From a virus (Duplodnaviria; Heunggongvirae; Uroviricota; Caudoviricetes): a DNA stretch of 41,671 nt. Below, in pieces: positions 18,927 through 26,774 of this stretch. Where the stretch lies: the IMG/VR virus record IMGVR_UViG_3300037391_000121; one strand, given 5' to 3'. The stretch's first letter is position 1. Each line of letters begins with the position of its first letter. The notes below the pieces were generated by a model, which was given only the letters and a program-made list of their open reading frames with translations, did not search any database and was not told the DNA's origin. The translations under genes were made by a program, and so were the position numbers.

Positions 18927-19538
18927 ATGAGACAACACAAGGTCAACCGCAACTCGCTGCACGCACGCATTTACCTGTGGTGGTACGAACATAAGTACAA
19001 AGACAACTGGGCAAAGAAATCCAAACCCGGCACAAACCTCTGCCCGTACATGCGTGCCATCCTGTTCTGGGCACCGTTCCGTTTCATCTTCTGGAATTGG
19101 GTCAAGCTGTATGAGTACGATTACGACGTGTACCTCTCCCTCAACATGCTCACCATCCCCTTTCTGATGGTCACCCTACCCGTGCTGGCTGGCTTGGGGA
19201 GCTACAAACTCAAGCACGGCCTTTGGATTACGGACCTCGTTATCCTCGGCCTCGCCGCTTTCGTGGGGATTGTTTGCGCCATTGTTTTCGCCATCGTCGC
19301 GGGCATAAACGCTTACAAAGAGTGGAAGAGCACGCAGCCTGAGAAGCCGAAGAAGATCAAGGTCAAAACGACTTCACGGTTCGGCAAGCTGTTGAGAGAT
19401 TTTGGCCGCAGCGCCCACGATGGCGTGTGCCCTGAGATCACATTCACGAACACGGACGAAGAGATCGATGTCACTGTCCATCCCTCTGATCCTGCTTACG
19501 ATGAAGTTGAGGACGGGGATACGTTCTACCATGAGTAA
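18927..19538 (+). CDS. hypothetical membrane protein
   Basis: GAGGAG SD, two to three TM segments. Confidence 0.8.
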   Translation: MRQHKVNRNSLHARIYLWWYEHKYKDNWAKKSKPGTNLCPYMRAILFWAPFRFIFWNWVKLYEYDYDVYLSLNMLTIPFLMVTLPVLAGLGSYKLKHGLWITDLVILGLAAFVGIVCAIVFAIVAGINAYKEWKSTQPEKPKKIKVKTTSRFGKLLRDFGRSAHDGVCPEITFTNTDEEIDVTVHPSDPAYDEVEDGDTFYHE

Positions 19539-19704
19539 AGAACTTGTACTGCACGGCTGGCAGTTGGCGGCGTTCGGGTTGGGCAACCAATTCCTCGCCA
19601 TCGCCGCCGTGTGGTTTGTCACGTGGATTGACAAGCGGCGGCACTGTTGTCTGGGGCCTGAAGTGCCATGCGACAAACATAGGGCGGAAAACAATGGCGG
19701 CTAA
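19531..19704 (+). CDS. small membrane protein
   Basis: ATG 19531, one TM. Confidence 0.55.
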   Translation: MSKELVLHGWQLAAFGLGNQFLAIAAVWFVTWIDKRRHCCLGPEVPCDKHRAENNGG

Positions 19705-19927
19705 GCGTTACGCATTCTTCGCACACTTCAACCGCGTCAATATGCAGCGGAAGTTGCCTCAGGTCTGGACGGTGCACTTTCGAGGCACGTGCTATCAGGT
19801 CGAGGGCATCGACTTCAAGGTTCCCACGCGCACTCAGTTCTTGCCTGAGGGACGGCAGCCGAGAGCGACCATGCGGGGACTGGCGTCGAATGTGATCGTA
19901 TCCAAGGGACAAGCGGTGGTGGTATGA
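19694..19927 (+). CDS. hypothetical protein
   Basis: ATG 19694, coding-like codon bias. Confidence 0.7.
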   Translation: MAAKRYAFFAHFNRVNMQRKLPQVWTVHFRGTCYQVEGIDFKVPTRTQFLPEGRQPRATMRGLASNVIVSKGQAVVV

Positions 19928-20100
19928 ACCTCGTTATAAAGCACGGCGAAGCATTCATGCACCTTGGTGACAAGGCACAGTTCTTTTCCGATCCTATTCC
20001 ATCCGACATCACGGCAAAGGAACTGTATGAACGGTTGTCGGACTTGCAGGAAGCCGTTGAGTACGCAAAGGCTCAGGTCAGGCTGGATATTGCCCACTGA
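19924..20100 (+). CDS. small hypothetical protein (58 aa)
   Basis: read by eye; ATGA and TGATG coupling. Confidence 0.6.
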   Translation: MNLVIKHGEAFMHLGDKAQFFSDPIPSDITAKELYERLSDLQEAVEYAKAQVRLDIAH

Positions 20101-20327
20101 TGGATTACATGATTTCATATCGGAACGAGCAGGGCGTCCTGAGCCGGATTCTTGCTGCTCTGACTGCGAGGAGCATCGACGTGAATAGCATCTTCGGAAC
20201 TTCACGTCTTGATGCCCGAGTGGGGCACATGTGCCACGTGCAGTTTGCGGCAACCGAGAAGCAAGAGCAGCAACTCAAACGGGCGTGGAACGCCATTATA
20301 GGCGTCACGGAAGTGAAGAAGGTATGA
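20100..20327 (+). CDS. stand-alone ACT-domain protein (IlvM/IlvN-like)
   Basis: RNEQGVLSRILAALTARSIDV matches the ACT signature N..GVL.RI...F..RG.NI; 75 aa. Confidence 0.7.
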   Translation: MDYMISYRNEQGVLSRILAALTARSIDVNSIFGTSRLDARVGHMCHVQFAATEKQEQQLKRAWNAIIGVTEVKKV

Positions 20328-20566
20328 AGACTGTCGCGTACTTCGTGCTGAGTTACGAGAAGCCGTGGGTCAAGAAGAAGATTGATGCGGCGGTAGCGGC
20401 TGTCATGCCCACGATCAAAAGAGCGTTCGGCGATGAGTGTTCGTTCAAGATTTACGATGACGGGCATGGCCGCACCCGTCTGGATTTTGACGTAGTTGAT
20501 GACGAGAACCATGATCGTGCGTTACACTTGATCGACGGGTTCTTTACGCTTCACCCCATGCTATGA
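20324..20566 (+). CDS. hypothetical protein
   Basis: ATGA coupling at 20324. Confidence 0.65.
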   Translation: MKTVAYFVLSYEKPWVKKKIDAAVAAVMPTIKRAFGDECSFKIYDDGHGRTRLDFDVVDDENHDRALHLIDGFFTLHPML

Positions 20567-20955
20567 GAGTTTTTCAATTAGATCGCGTCAAGGATGTCGC
20601 TGGAATCAGCGGCACAGGACTGGTCGCCGAGGGCATCGAGTTCGAGGACGGGCAGGTCGTTCTCCGCTGGTATAATACAGGAGCGATTACAATCTTCAAG
20701 AACTTGCACGATCTTCGGCTGATCCATTGCGCGGGCGGTAACAGCAGGGTCATCCACGACGGTAATGGCAAACGGCTGGATCAGTTGCAACAGGAGAACA
20801 TGGGGCACTCTCCCATCACCCGCATCAAGAGTGGGCAGACACAGTGTCAACAGTGTCATCTGAGTAAGGATTATTGGGAGCACTTCAACATTGCTTGCAA
20901 GTTTTCAGATATTGCGAATCACGGAGCGAACAGTGGAGATAAGTACAAAGCTTAA
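20563..20955 (+). CDS. conserved phage hypothetical protein
   Basis: F.L.R..DV.GISGTG.VAEG.EF.DG.VVLRW motif. Confidence 0.75.
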   Translation: MRVFQLDRVKDVAGISGTGLVAEGIEFEDGQVVLRWYNTGAITIFKNLHDLRLIHCAGGNSRVIHDGNGKRLDQLQQENMGHSPITRIKSGQTQCQQCHLSKDYWEHFNIACKFSDIANHGANSGDKYKA

Positions 20956-21118
20956 GTGGCAATTCTGGATCGGTACGGGCGGGCTCTACTGGGGCGACCG
21001 CGAGACTGGCGTTCATCATACTCAGATCGGTTTCTTCTGGGTGATGTTGGTGGGGTTTGGTCTGTACGAATTGATTCGAGCCGCGATCAATCTAAGTAGG
21101 TTGGCGGGTGGACTATGA
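20933..21118 (+). CDS. small membrane protein
   Basis: GTG 20933 after GGAG; one TM. Confidence 0.5.
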   Translation: MEISTKLKWQFWIGTGGLYWGDRETGVHHTQIGFFWVMLVGFGLYELIRAAINLSRLAGGL

Positions 21119-21360
21119 AAATTCACTTCATCGACGTAACCAAGCTACCCTCTGGAGAATGGCCTCCCTTCAACACTGGCATGGCCTACGCAGTGGAGGA
21201 AATGGATATCGTCCCCCGTAAGGATGACTGCGTTGTTCTTTACTCCCCACGGCAGCCGATATCGTTCCCGAAAGAGAACCACACCGTCTGGAACGTGTAC
21301 ATCCACGTAGACCACGGGGTGAGGGAAATTTACTCGGTCGGGTATAGGCACATCCTATGA
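21115..21360 (+). CDS. hypothetical protein
   Basis: ATGA coupling. Confidence 0.65.
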   Translation: MKIHFIDVTKLPSGEWPPFNTGMAYAVEEMDIVPRKDDCVVLYSPRQPISFPKENHTVWNVYIHVDHGVREIYSVGYRHIL

Positions 21361-21908
21361 GCACTGATCTGCGAATGGTGGACTTCACAATCCAAGAGGA
21401 GCCCGGAGCAGTCATCACTACTCCCTCATCGTGGCGGATATTTACGCCTCAGGATGATGCGTTTGTTTGCGAGACATGCCGGAAGCCGATTGCGGAGCGA
21501 GAACGTATGTTCCTTCTCGTGAAAGAGAATGTTCAGAAAGGCTGGCGGCACGCCTACCTCGACGACTGTGGTAAGATTGCTTATACGGTGGGGCTGGCGT
21601 CATCCTACGAACCCGCCATCGACGAACTGGCGGCGAAAGGTGAGAAGGTTCAGAAGATGGGTCGCATGACCGCCGATCAGGGGCCTGACGGTGAGGCATA
21701 CGAGGGCGGCTGGATTTGGCGGACGCGGAAAGAAGCACAGGCGAAGCTCGACGAACCCGAAGCTCAGAGATTCCTGCAAGGTCGCGAGTTTAGAGTTTAC
21801 GGCGTAGTTCTCACGGGCACGTGGGAGACGGATGTATCGCCTGAGCTTTACGACGACGGAGTGCACCGTCTGTGGATCAGCAGCAAAGAGGTTTTCAGGT
21901 TGCCATGA
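21357..21908 (+). CDS. hypothetical protein
   Basis: ATGA coupling, 183 aa. Confidence 0.75.
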   Translation: MSTDLRMVDFTIQEEPGAVITTPSSWRIFTPQDDAFVCETCRKPIAERERMFLLVKENVQKGWRHAYLDDCGKIAYTVGLASSYEPAIDELAAKGEKVQKMGRMTADQGPDGEAYEGGWIWRTRKEAQAKLDEPEAQRFLQGREFRVYGVVLTGTWETDVSPELYDDGVHRLWISSKEVFRLP

Positions 21909-22175
21909 ACGAGCCGCATCCAAATACCGTAAAGCGTGAGAAGCAAGAGAAGCTCGGCGGCTGGCTTAGTGTCTACATCGAGGCTGAGCCCTGTGTTGTG
22001 TCGGGCGCTGTTCCGCTGCTTCTACTGCGGCTTCGGTAGCAAGGAAGGTCATGACTTTGCGTGCCGTTACTTGTGGCACGTCCTCGACCTGCCGACTCGC
22101 GGCAAAGAAGGGACGAAGGATCACATCATCTTGGTTCCAAGGGGCGGCGTACCGCCATCGAAATCGATGTTCTAG
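21905..22175 (+). CDS. hypothetical Cys-rich protein, apparent frameshift near 21990
   Basis: N-part MNEPHP... in one frame, coding-like C-part LFRCFYCGFG... in another. Confidence 0.4.
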
Positions 22176-22183
22176 GGGGTTTG

Positions 22184-22396
22184 ATGTTTACCGAAAGAGA
22201 TTTGATGAACCGATGCGATCACGTCTGTCACGAACGTGGATTGAATCCGTGGGTTGAGGAATGCCCGATCTGTCGCTGTGCCAACGCCAAGTACGACCCG
22301 AGCATTCCCGCTCCCGAGACGTGGGAGGAACTGATAAACTGGAATCACCCCGATCCAGAGCAACGGCCTGAGAAGTACAGAGGGCTGAAAGTATGA
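22184..22396 (+). CDS. hypothetical protein
   Basis: GGGGG SD, CxxC. Confidence 0.6.
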   Translation: MFTERDLMNRCDHVCHERGLNPWVEECPICRCANAKYDPSIPAPETWEELINWNHPDPEQRPEKYRGLKV

Positions 22397-22533
22397 TGAG
22401 CGACAGCCAGAAGCTCGACTGGCTAAACGCCAACACCCAGCGGCTCAAGGATGTGTACTGGCGCATAGAGAACGAAGGCGGCACTGTCCGCGATGCCATT
22501 GATTTCTTGAGTGACGACGGAGATGAAGAATGA
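22393..22533 (+). CDS. small hypothetical protein
   Basis: ATGA coupling both sides; MMSDSQKLDWL... Confidence 0.55.
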   Translation: MMSDSQKLDWLNANTQRLKDVYWRIENEGGTVRDAIDFLSDDGDEE

Positions 22534-22880
22534 GACAAAGTTGTCTTTGTGAACTTATCAACACGGGAATGTGCGACGGAGCGGAAAAGCAAGTCATCTG
22601 CCCCTCGCATCCCCGCAACCGCAGCACCCCGAAGATAACGCCGCTTCGTCACGCCATTTGGTGGGTGGGGTATTACGGATTCGAGCGCCCCATCGAACTT
22701 CTTCGCAGGAAGATGCATGAATGGCATTGGGTGCACACGTGGGGACCGTGGGTGGATGGGCAGAGATTTGCCGTCGCCTACCCGTGGACGAAAGCTGGCT
22801 GCTTCGCCCATTACGTGACCTATCAGGTTCGTCACTGTGAACAGTGCGGACTCAAGGAAAAGAACGAACGCTGGTCATGA
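22530..22880 (+). CDS. hypothetical protein
   Basis: ATGA coupling. Confidence 0.65.
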   Translation: MRQSCLCELINTGMCDGAEKQVICPSHPRNRSTPKITPLRHAIWWVGYYGFERPIELLRRKMHEWHWVHTWGPWVDGQRFAVAYPWTKAGCFAHYVTYQVRHCEQCGLKEKNERWS

Positions 22881-23155
22881 ACATCCCCGCATTGACCGAG
22901 CACGTTAAGCTGCTCAATCAGCACGTTGATCGGGTGAGCAAGTACCTGTTCACCTACTATTTCATTCGAGCATTCTTGAACGACCCCGCAGGAACAATCA
23001 TCAACCTCATTCGCCGCGTGGCGACGACCGCGTGCTGGTGGTTCATTTTGGGCTCGGTCGCGATTCTGGTGACCACATGGGGCATCTTGGGATGGCTGGG
23101 AATCGAGTATCTGTTGGGGCACCATGCCGCCATCCAAAAATTTCTTCACAAATAA
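22877..23155 (+). CDS. hypothetical membrane protein
   Basis: ATG 22877, TM segment. Confidence 0.65.
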   Translation: MNIPALTEHVKLLNQHVDRVSKYLFTYYFIRAFLNDPAGTIINLIRRVATTACWWFILGSVAILVTTWGILGWLGIEYLLGHHAAIQKFLHK

Positions 23156-23186
23156 CTAGCTGTTTTCTGACTTCCCATGGTATTAT
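23156..23186 (+). promoter_or_regulatory. promoter of tRNA-Ser cluster leader
   Basis: CTAGCT-N19-TATTAT with extended TGG; shares CATGGTAnTATATAGAAG with 38719-38736. Confidence 0.8.
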
Positions 23187-23228
23187 ATAGAAGTTGGCTC
23201 ACCGCAAGAAGGTGACCCGGACACACAA

Positions 23229-23303
23229 ATGATCGTTATCAGCATATCATCGTTATCGTCTAGTAGCTCCTCACGGGGCGACGGCATCGGTGTGTGCTTG
23301 TAA
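23229..23303 (+). CDS. Ser-rich attenuator leader peptide (24 aa, MIVISISSLSSSSSSRGDGIGVCL)
   Basis: 9 Ser codons using all six Ser triplets plus ATA and TTA, between a promoter and a terminator. Confidence 0.8.
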   Translation: MIVISISSLSSSSSSRGDGIGVCL

Positions 23304-23342
23304 GTATCTGAAAACAAGCAGATTAGATTCACCGAGCAGCCG
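23282..23342 (+). promoter_or_regulatory. antiterminator hairpin of leader 1
   Basis: TGCTTGT/ACAAGCA, TCGGTG/CACCGA and CGGC/GCCG; the last pairing takes the left arm of the terminator. Confidence 0.7.
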
Positions 23343-23370
23343 CCAAAACTAGGGCGGCTTTTGTGTTTTT
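23338..23370 (+). terminator. intrinsic terminator (attenuator) before tRNA-Ser genes
   Basis: AGCCGCC-aaaactag-GGCGGCT followed by TTTGTGTTTTT. Confidence 0.85.
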
Positions 23371-23386
23371 GTACGCAAGTTAACAG

Positions 23387-23478
23387 GGTGAGTTGGGCGA
23401 GTGGCTGATGCCGCAGGTTTGCTAAACCTGAGTGCCTCGAAAGGGGCACCGTGGGTTCGAATCCCACACTCACCGCCA
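23387..23478 (+). tRNA. tRNA-Ser(GCT)
   Basis: GGTGAGT/ACTCACC acceptor, CAGGT-TTGCTAA-ACCTG, long V arm, G73, CCA. Confidence 0.95.
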
Positions 23479-23516
23479 TTTTGAGAAGTACGCGGATGGA
23501 TTAGCAACGTCCGTTT

Positions 23517-23606
23517 GGTGAGTTGGGAGAGCGGCTGAATCCGCCACGTTGGAAGCGTGGAGCACCCGCAAGGGTGCCGTGAGTTCGAATCTCACACTCA
23601 CCGCCA
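23517..23606 (+). tRNA. tRNA-Ser(GGA)
   Basis: CCACG-TTGGAAG-CGTGG, long V arm, G73, CCA. Confidence 0.95.
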
Positions 23607-23611
23607 GTTCT

Positions 23612-23705
23612 GGTGGGCTTGGTACATGGGCAAGTCCGCTCGTCTTGAAAACGAGTACGGGGCAGAGATGCTCCGTTGGGAGTTCGACTCTCCCGTCCAC
23701 CGCCA
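23612..23705 (+). tRNA. tRNA-Ser(TGA)
   Basis: CTCGT-CTTGAAA-ACGAG, long V arm, G73, CCA. Confidence 0.93.
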
Positions 23706-23709
23706 GTTT

Positions 23710-23804
23710 GGTGAGGTTGGTACATTGGCAAGTCCGCTCGCCTCGAAAGCGAGTCGCGGGGCTAACCGCCTCGCGTGCAGGTTCAACTCCTGTCCTCACC
23801 GCCA
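23710..23804 (+). tRNA. tRNA-Ser(CGA)
   Basis: CTCGC-CTCGAAA-GCGAG, long V arm, G73, CCA. Confidence 0.93.
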
Positions 23805-23900
23805 GTTTGACTCACGTGCCTAATGTGTGCCGATGTTTGGCCTCGTGACCCGCGAGGGATATGAGAAGCAGAAGTCAAAGTTTTCGTGGTATTATTGGGT

Positions 23901-24209
23901 ATGAAGTCTTACGAACCATGCGTCGAAGACGCCACGGCCCATATCCACGTTGATTGGAAGACACACGAGAGCACGGGGAAATTTGCCCCGTACCCGAAAA
24001 TATTTTGTAGTGTGTGCCCGCCGTCAACGACAGCGGAAAGTGAAGAGGAGTACCGCAAGTACGTGGCATACGAGAAGCGAGAAGCTTTGAAGTACGCTAC
24101 GCGGAGACCGAGCCAATCGCTTCGTCTTCGGCTGTACCGTCACCGCATTTTGATTATGTGCGGATTTCTGGTCGCAGCGTATTGCGTACTCCATTGGATT
24201 TTGCGGTAG
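23901..24209 (+). CDS. hypothetical protein with C-terminal TM
   Basis: ATG 5 nt after TGGTATTAT (leaderless-type). Confidence 0.7.
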   Translation: MKSYEPCVEDATAHIHVDWKTHESTGKFAPYPKIFCSVCPPSTTAESEEEYRKYVAYEKREALKYATRRPSQSLRLRLYRHRILIMCGFLVAAYCVLHWILR

Positions 24210-24211
24210 AC

Positions 24212-24289
24212 GCCCGAGTGATGCAACTGGCAGACATTTCCCACTTAAAACGGGAATTTTTGGGAGTTCGAATCTCCTCTCGGGCACCA
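24212..24289 (+). tRNA. tRNA-Leu(TAA), short variable loop
   Basis: GCCCGAG/CTCGGGC, loop CTTAAAA, T arm GGGAG-TTCGAAT-CTCCT, A73, CCA. Confidence 0.85.
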
Positions 24290-24294
24290 AGTTT

Positions 24295-24388
24295 AGAGGG
24301 TAGCATTGGTGTGCGGGTGGGCCTTATAAACCTGCAATCGCGGCTGATTACCGTACTCGGACGGGTTCGATTCCCGTACCCTCTACCA
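24295..24388 (+). tRNA. atypical tRNA with TAT anticodon (nominal Ile), long V arm, minimal D arm
   Basis: AGAGGGT/ACCCTCT, loop CTTATAA, 25-nt variable region, T arm, A73, CCA. Confidence 0.7.
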
Positions 24389-24418
24389 TATTTCCCCGCC
24401 CCGTGGTATTATCCTAGT

Positions 24419-24763
24419 ATGGATGAATTAAAACTTCCCGAGGGTGAACTGACGTTTGCCGAGCCGCAAGTCTTCCTGATTCAAATCAGCAACAACTCCG
24501 AGCCGCTGGTTAGCCTCAAGATGGACGGTACAATCGAGTATGGGCCGAACTACACGCCCGACGAAGCTGCTCGCGTCTTTTGGGAAGCCCTCGGCATTTT
24601 GCCAAGAAATACTAGGGAGATTCGAGAGAAGGTCGAACTGCTGGACCTAGATTTCAAACGCCTAGATTTCAAACGCCTAGAATCGAAATACGGTAAAGAG
24701 GGGTATACGGAGTGGATGGACGTTCGCGAAACCATTGATGAACTCAAGGCGCTGGTGAAATGA
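24419..24763 (+). CDS. hypothetical protein
   Basis: ATG 6 nt after TGGTATTAT. Confidence 0.7.
   Translation: MDELKLPEGELTFAEPQVFLIQISNNSEPLVSLKMDGTIEYGPNYTPDEAARVFWEALGILPRNTREIREKVELLDLDFKRLDFKRLESKYGKEGYTEWMDVRETIDELKALVK
24646..24681 (+). repeat. 15-bp tandem repeat (2.4 copies)
   Basis: CCTAGATTTCAAACG x2 + CCTAGA, encoding LDFKR LDFKR LE. Confidence 0.85.
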
Positions 24764-25116
24764 TTGGTGAAATAAAAGTGCCGAAGTGGTTCATGGCGTT
24801 GTGGAAGCACTACGTGGGGCTCGACCCCTACCGCTGCTACATGACCGACGAACACCCTCCGATTGTTGGGCCTAGCAAGGTAATTCGCGTCCACATGACG
24901 GTGGACATCGAAGTGCCTCACCGATTTCACACTCAGAAAGCCAATCTTGGCATTGCCCGCTCCTGCATCATGGAAGAGTTCAAGACCGAGGAGACCGCCC
25001 GCATCCAGACATGGCACATCGTGAAAGCTGAGGACTTGACCACAGGGCAGCCCTCACGCAACGGATGTAAGGTCTGTGGGAAGCCGTGGAGCGATAAGGA
25101 TTGTCAGCAAGTATGA
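24760..25116 (+). CDS. hypothetical protein
   Basis: ATGA coupling. Confidence 0.7.
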   Translation: MIGEIKVPKWFMALWKHYVGLDPYRCYMTDEHPPIVGPSKVIRVHMTVDIEVPHRFHTQKANLGIARSCIMEEFKTEETARIQTWHIVKAEDLTTGQPSRNGCKVCGKPWSDKDCQQV

Positions 25117-25349
25117 GTAAACAAAAGCCAGCCAAAGCGTTATGCCCAACCTGTCTTGGGACAACTGTTGAGCAGAGCCCGAACCCGCATGATCCCGGTG
25201 CTGGCGATTGCTTCACTTGCAAATGGAATCCGAACTTTTTCCAATTCAAGGACATCAGCGATTGGGCTGAGTACCTTCGTTGTCTGCCGCAGGATGCGAA
25301 AGACGAGATGCGTAAACCCGGGCGGCTGGTGCTTGAACGAGGATTATGA
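25113..25349 (+). CDS. hypothetical protein with CxxC pairs
   Basis: ATGA coupling at 25113. Confidence 0.65.
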   Translation: MSKQKPAKALCPTCLGTTVEQSPNPHDPGAGDCFTCKWNPNFFQFKDISDWAEYLRCLPQDAKDEMRKPGRLVLERGL

Positions 25350-25378
25350 TTCTGCCGTTGATTCTCTGGACGTGGTGC

Positions 25379-25407
25379 TTGGCTGGGTTGGCAAGCGGTG
25401 GTATACT
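25379..25407 (+). promoter_or_regulatory. sigma70-like promoter
   Basis: TTGGCT-17-TATACT with extended TG. Confidence 0.6.
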
Positions 25408-25442
25408 AACAGTGGATGCTTTGTTGGGTCTTTGGAGATGTT

Positions 25443-26020
25443 ATGAATCCGAGTGAAGAGTGGCTTGAAAAATACGGAAGGTTCTGGGGAAACGTCACGG
25501 ACGAGCCGAAGAAACCGTACCAGTTGACCACTCGTGAGATGTACGACGCGCACATGGATCAGTACACGGATGACACCGCCTGTCTGAGCATGACGAAGAC
25601 CGACCATCCCAGCTACCAGTTCATCAAGAACCAACTCGGAATGCGGGCAGTCCCCTACCTGCTGGAAGACATCCAAGCGCAACACCCAGACGGTTCGTTC
25701 GACCACACCAGCTACCACAGCTTTTGGGGAGCGTGTAGTCTGTTCCGCAACATCCTCTACGAGAATGGAATTCCGGGCCCAGAGATTCCCGAGCCGTATC
25801 GCGGGAGGTTGAGCACATCCGCGAGATATACGTGGACTGGGGCGTTCAAGAAGAGTTTTTAGCAGACAACCACGTGCCGTCGATCCCGATAAAGCTGGAT
25901 CAGGTGCATCGGTTGGTTCCAAATCGATTTTTCGGTCTCCGTAATTACGTGTGGAGATTGACCACTCTCCCAAATCGCCATCGCATGAAACACGCATGGG
26001 ACTTTTGGAGAGCAATATGA
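25443..26020 (+). CDS. hypothetical protein, apparent frameshift near 25805
   Basis: ...IPEPYRG continues naturally as VEHIREIYVDWGVQEEF... in the adjacent frame. Confidence 0.55.
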
Positions 26021-26029
26021 GGAGTTTCA

Positions 26030-26254
26030 ATGGCAAAGGCACAAACAGCACGCAAACCGCAGGACAGGGTGATGCGATTGCTCGACGAACTTCGGGAGCG
26101 CCCGAATGAGGAAAGCATCCGCAGGATTTTGAACGCATCGGAAGATGCCCGCCATGCTCGAATGGAATACTTCGGGCTGAGCAAAGCAGTGAAAAAGATT
26201 CTAAACCGAGAGTTGACTGAACGCGAGAACACTCTCATCAAGAGGTTATCATGA
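26030..26254 (+). CDS. hypothetical protein
   Basis: GAGGAG SD. Confidence 0.75.
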   Translation: MAKAQTARKPQDRVMRLLDELRERPNEESIRRILNASEDARHARMEYFGLSKAVKKILNRELTERENTLIKRLS

Positions 26255-26298
26255 GCAACGAAAGCGGCATTGGCAATGATGGGTAGGAGGAATTGGCA

Positions 26299-26608
26299 AT
26301 GATCGACTTCATGTTCTTTCTCGTTTTTCTGTTCGTAGCAGGATTCATCACTGGTGTTGGGGCTTTGATCCATCGAGAATCCGAATCGTACCGAAAAGAG
26401 CATTCGCAGAATCATAACGACAGGCGTGTTTATCGTCGTCGGCGTCCTGTTGTACTACGGCATTCGCGCTTTGGCCCACTGGCTCGGCGGGATTCAACTC
26501 AACCTGCCCAATCTCAGCAACCACGATTTCGAATGGTTGGTCATCGCCCTTCTTGCGGTCATTTGCTTGAACGGCGGCGGAAGCTGCAACTGCAAGTGCG
26601 GCAAGTGA
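26299..26608 (+). CDS. multi-pass membrane protein, apparent frameshift near 26370
   Basis: removing one C joins MIDFMFF...GALI to IENPNRTEKSIRRIITTGVFIVVG... Confidence 0.5.
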
Positions 26609-26766
26609 AACGCCTTTGCAACTTCATGCACAACCACCCAGTCCTCGGCTGGACGGCATCGTTCTTCGTGGGCGGGCTGGTGTGGCTGTTTGCGACGTTC
26701 ACCATAATTTATGCAGTGCTGATGGTGTTGGCCGTTTTGTTCCACGCCAACATCCCGATTCAATAA
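26605..26766 (+). CDS. small membrane protein
   Basis: GTGA coupling at 26605, hydrophobic. Confidence 0.55.
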   Translation: MKRLCNFMHNHPVLGWTASFFVGGLVWLFATFTIIYAVLMVLAVLFHANIPIQ

Positions 26767-26774
26767 GGAGCCTC

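Noticed and set aside
23190-23385. tRNA-operon leaders as T-box riboswitches
   Set aside because: No T-box consensus (AGGGUGGNACCGCG) or stem I motifs; open reading frames with clustered cognate codons explain the structure better
23612-23705. tRNA with TGA triplet as a stop-codon suppressor or sign of genetic-code reassignment
   Set aside because: TGA is the anticodon (reads UCA, Ser). No CTA, TCA or TTA anticodon was found and genes end normally at TAA, TAG and TGA
24340-24354. Second anticodon-like loop (CTGATTA, Ile GAT) inside the V arm of the TAT tRNA
   Set aside because: Only a 4-bp stem that competes with an alternative AATC/GATT pairing; likely coincidence
26269-26303. Duplicated ATTGGCAATGAT 12-mer as an operator
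   Set aside because: Only two copies around a start region, not found elsewhere by eye; could be a small local duplication
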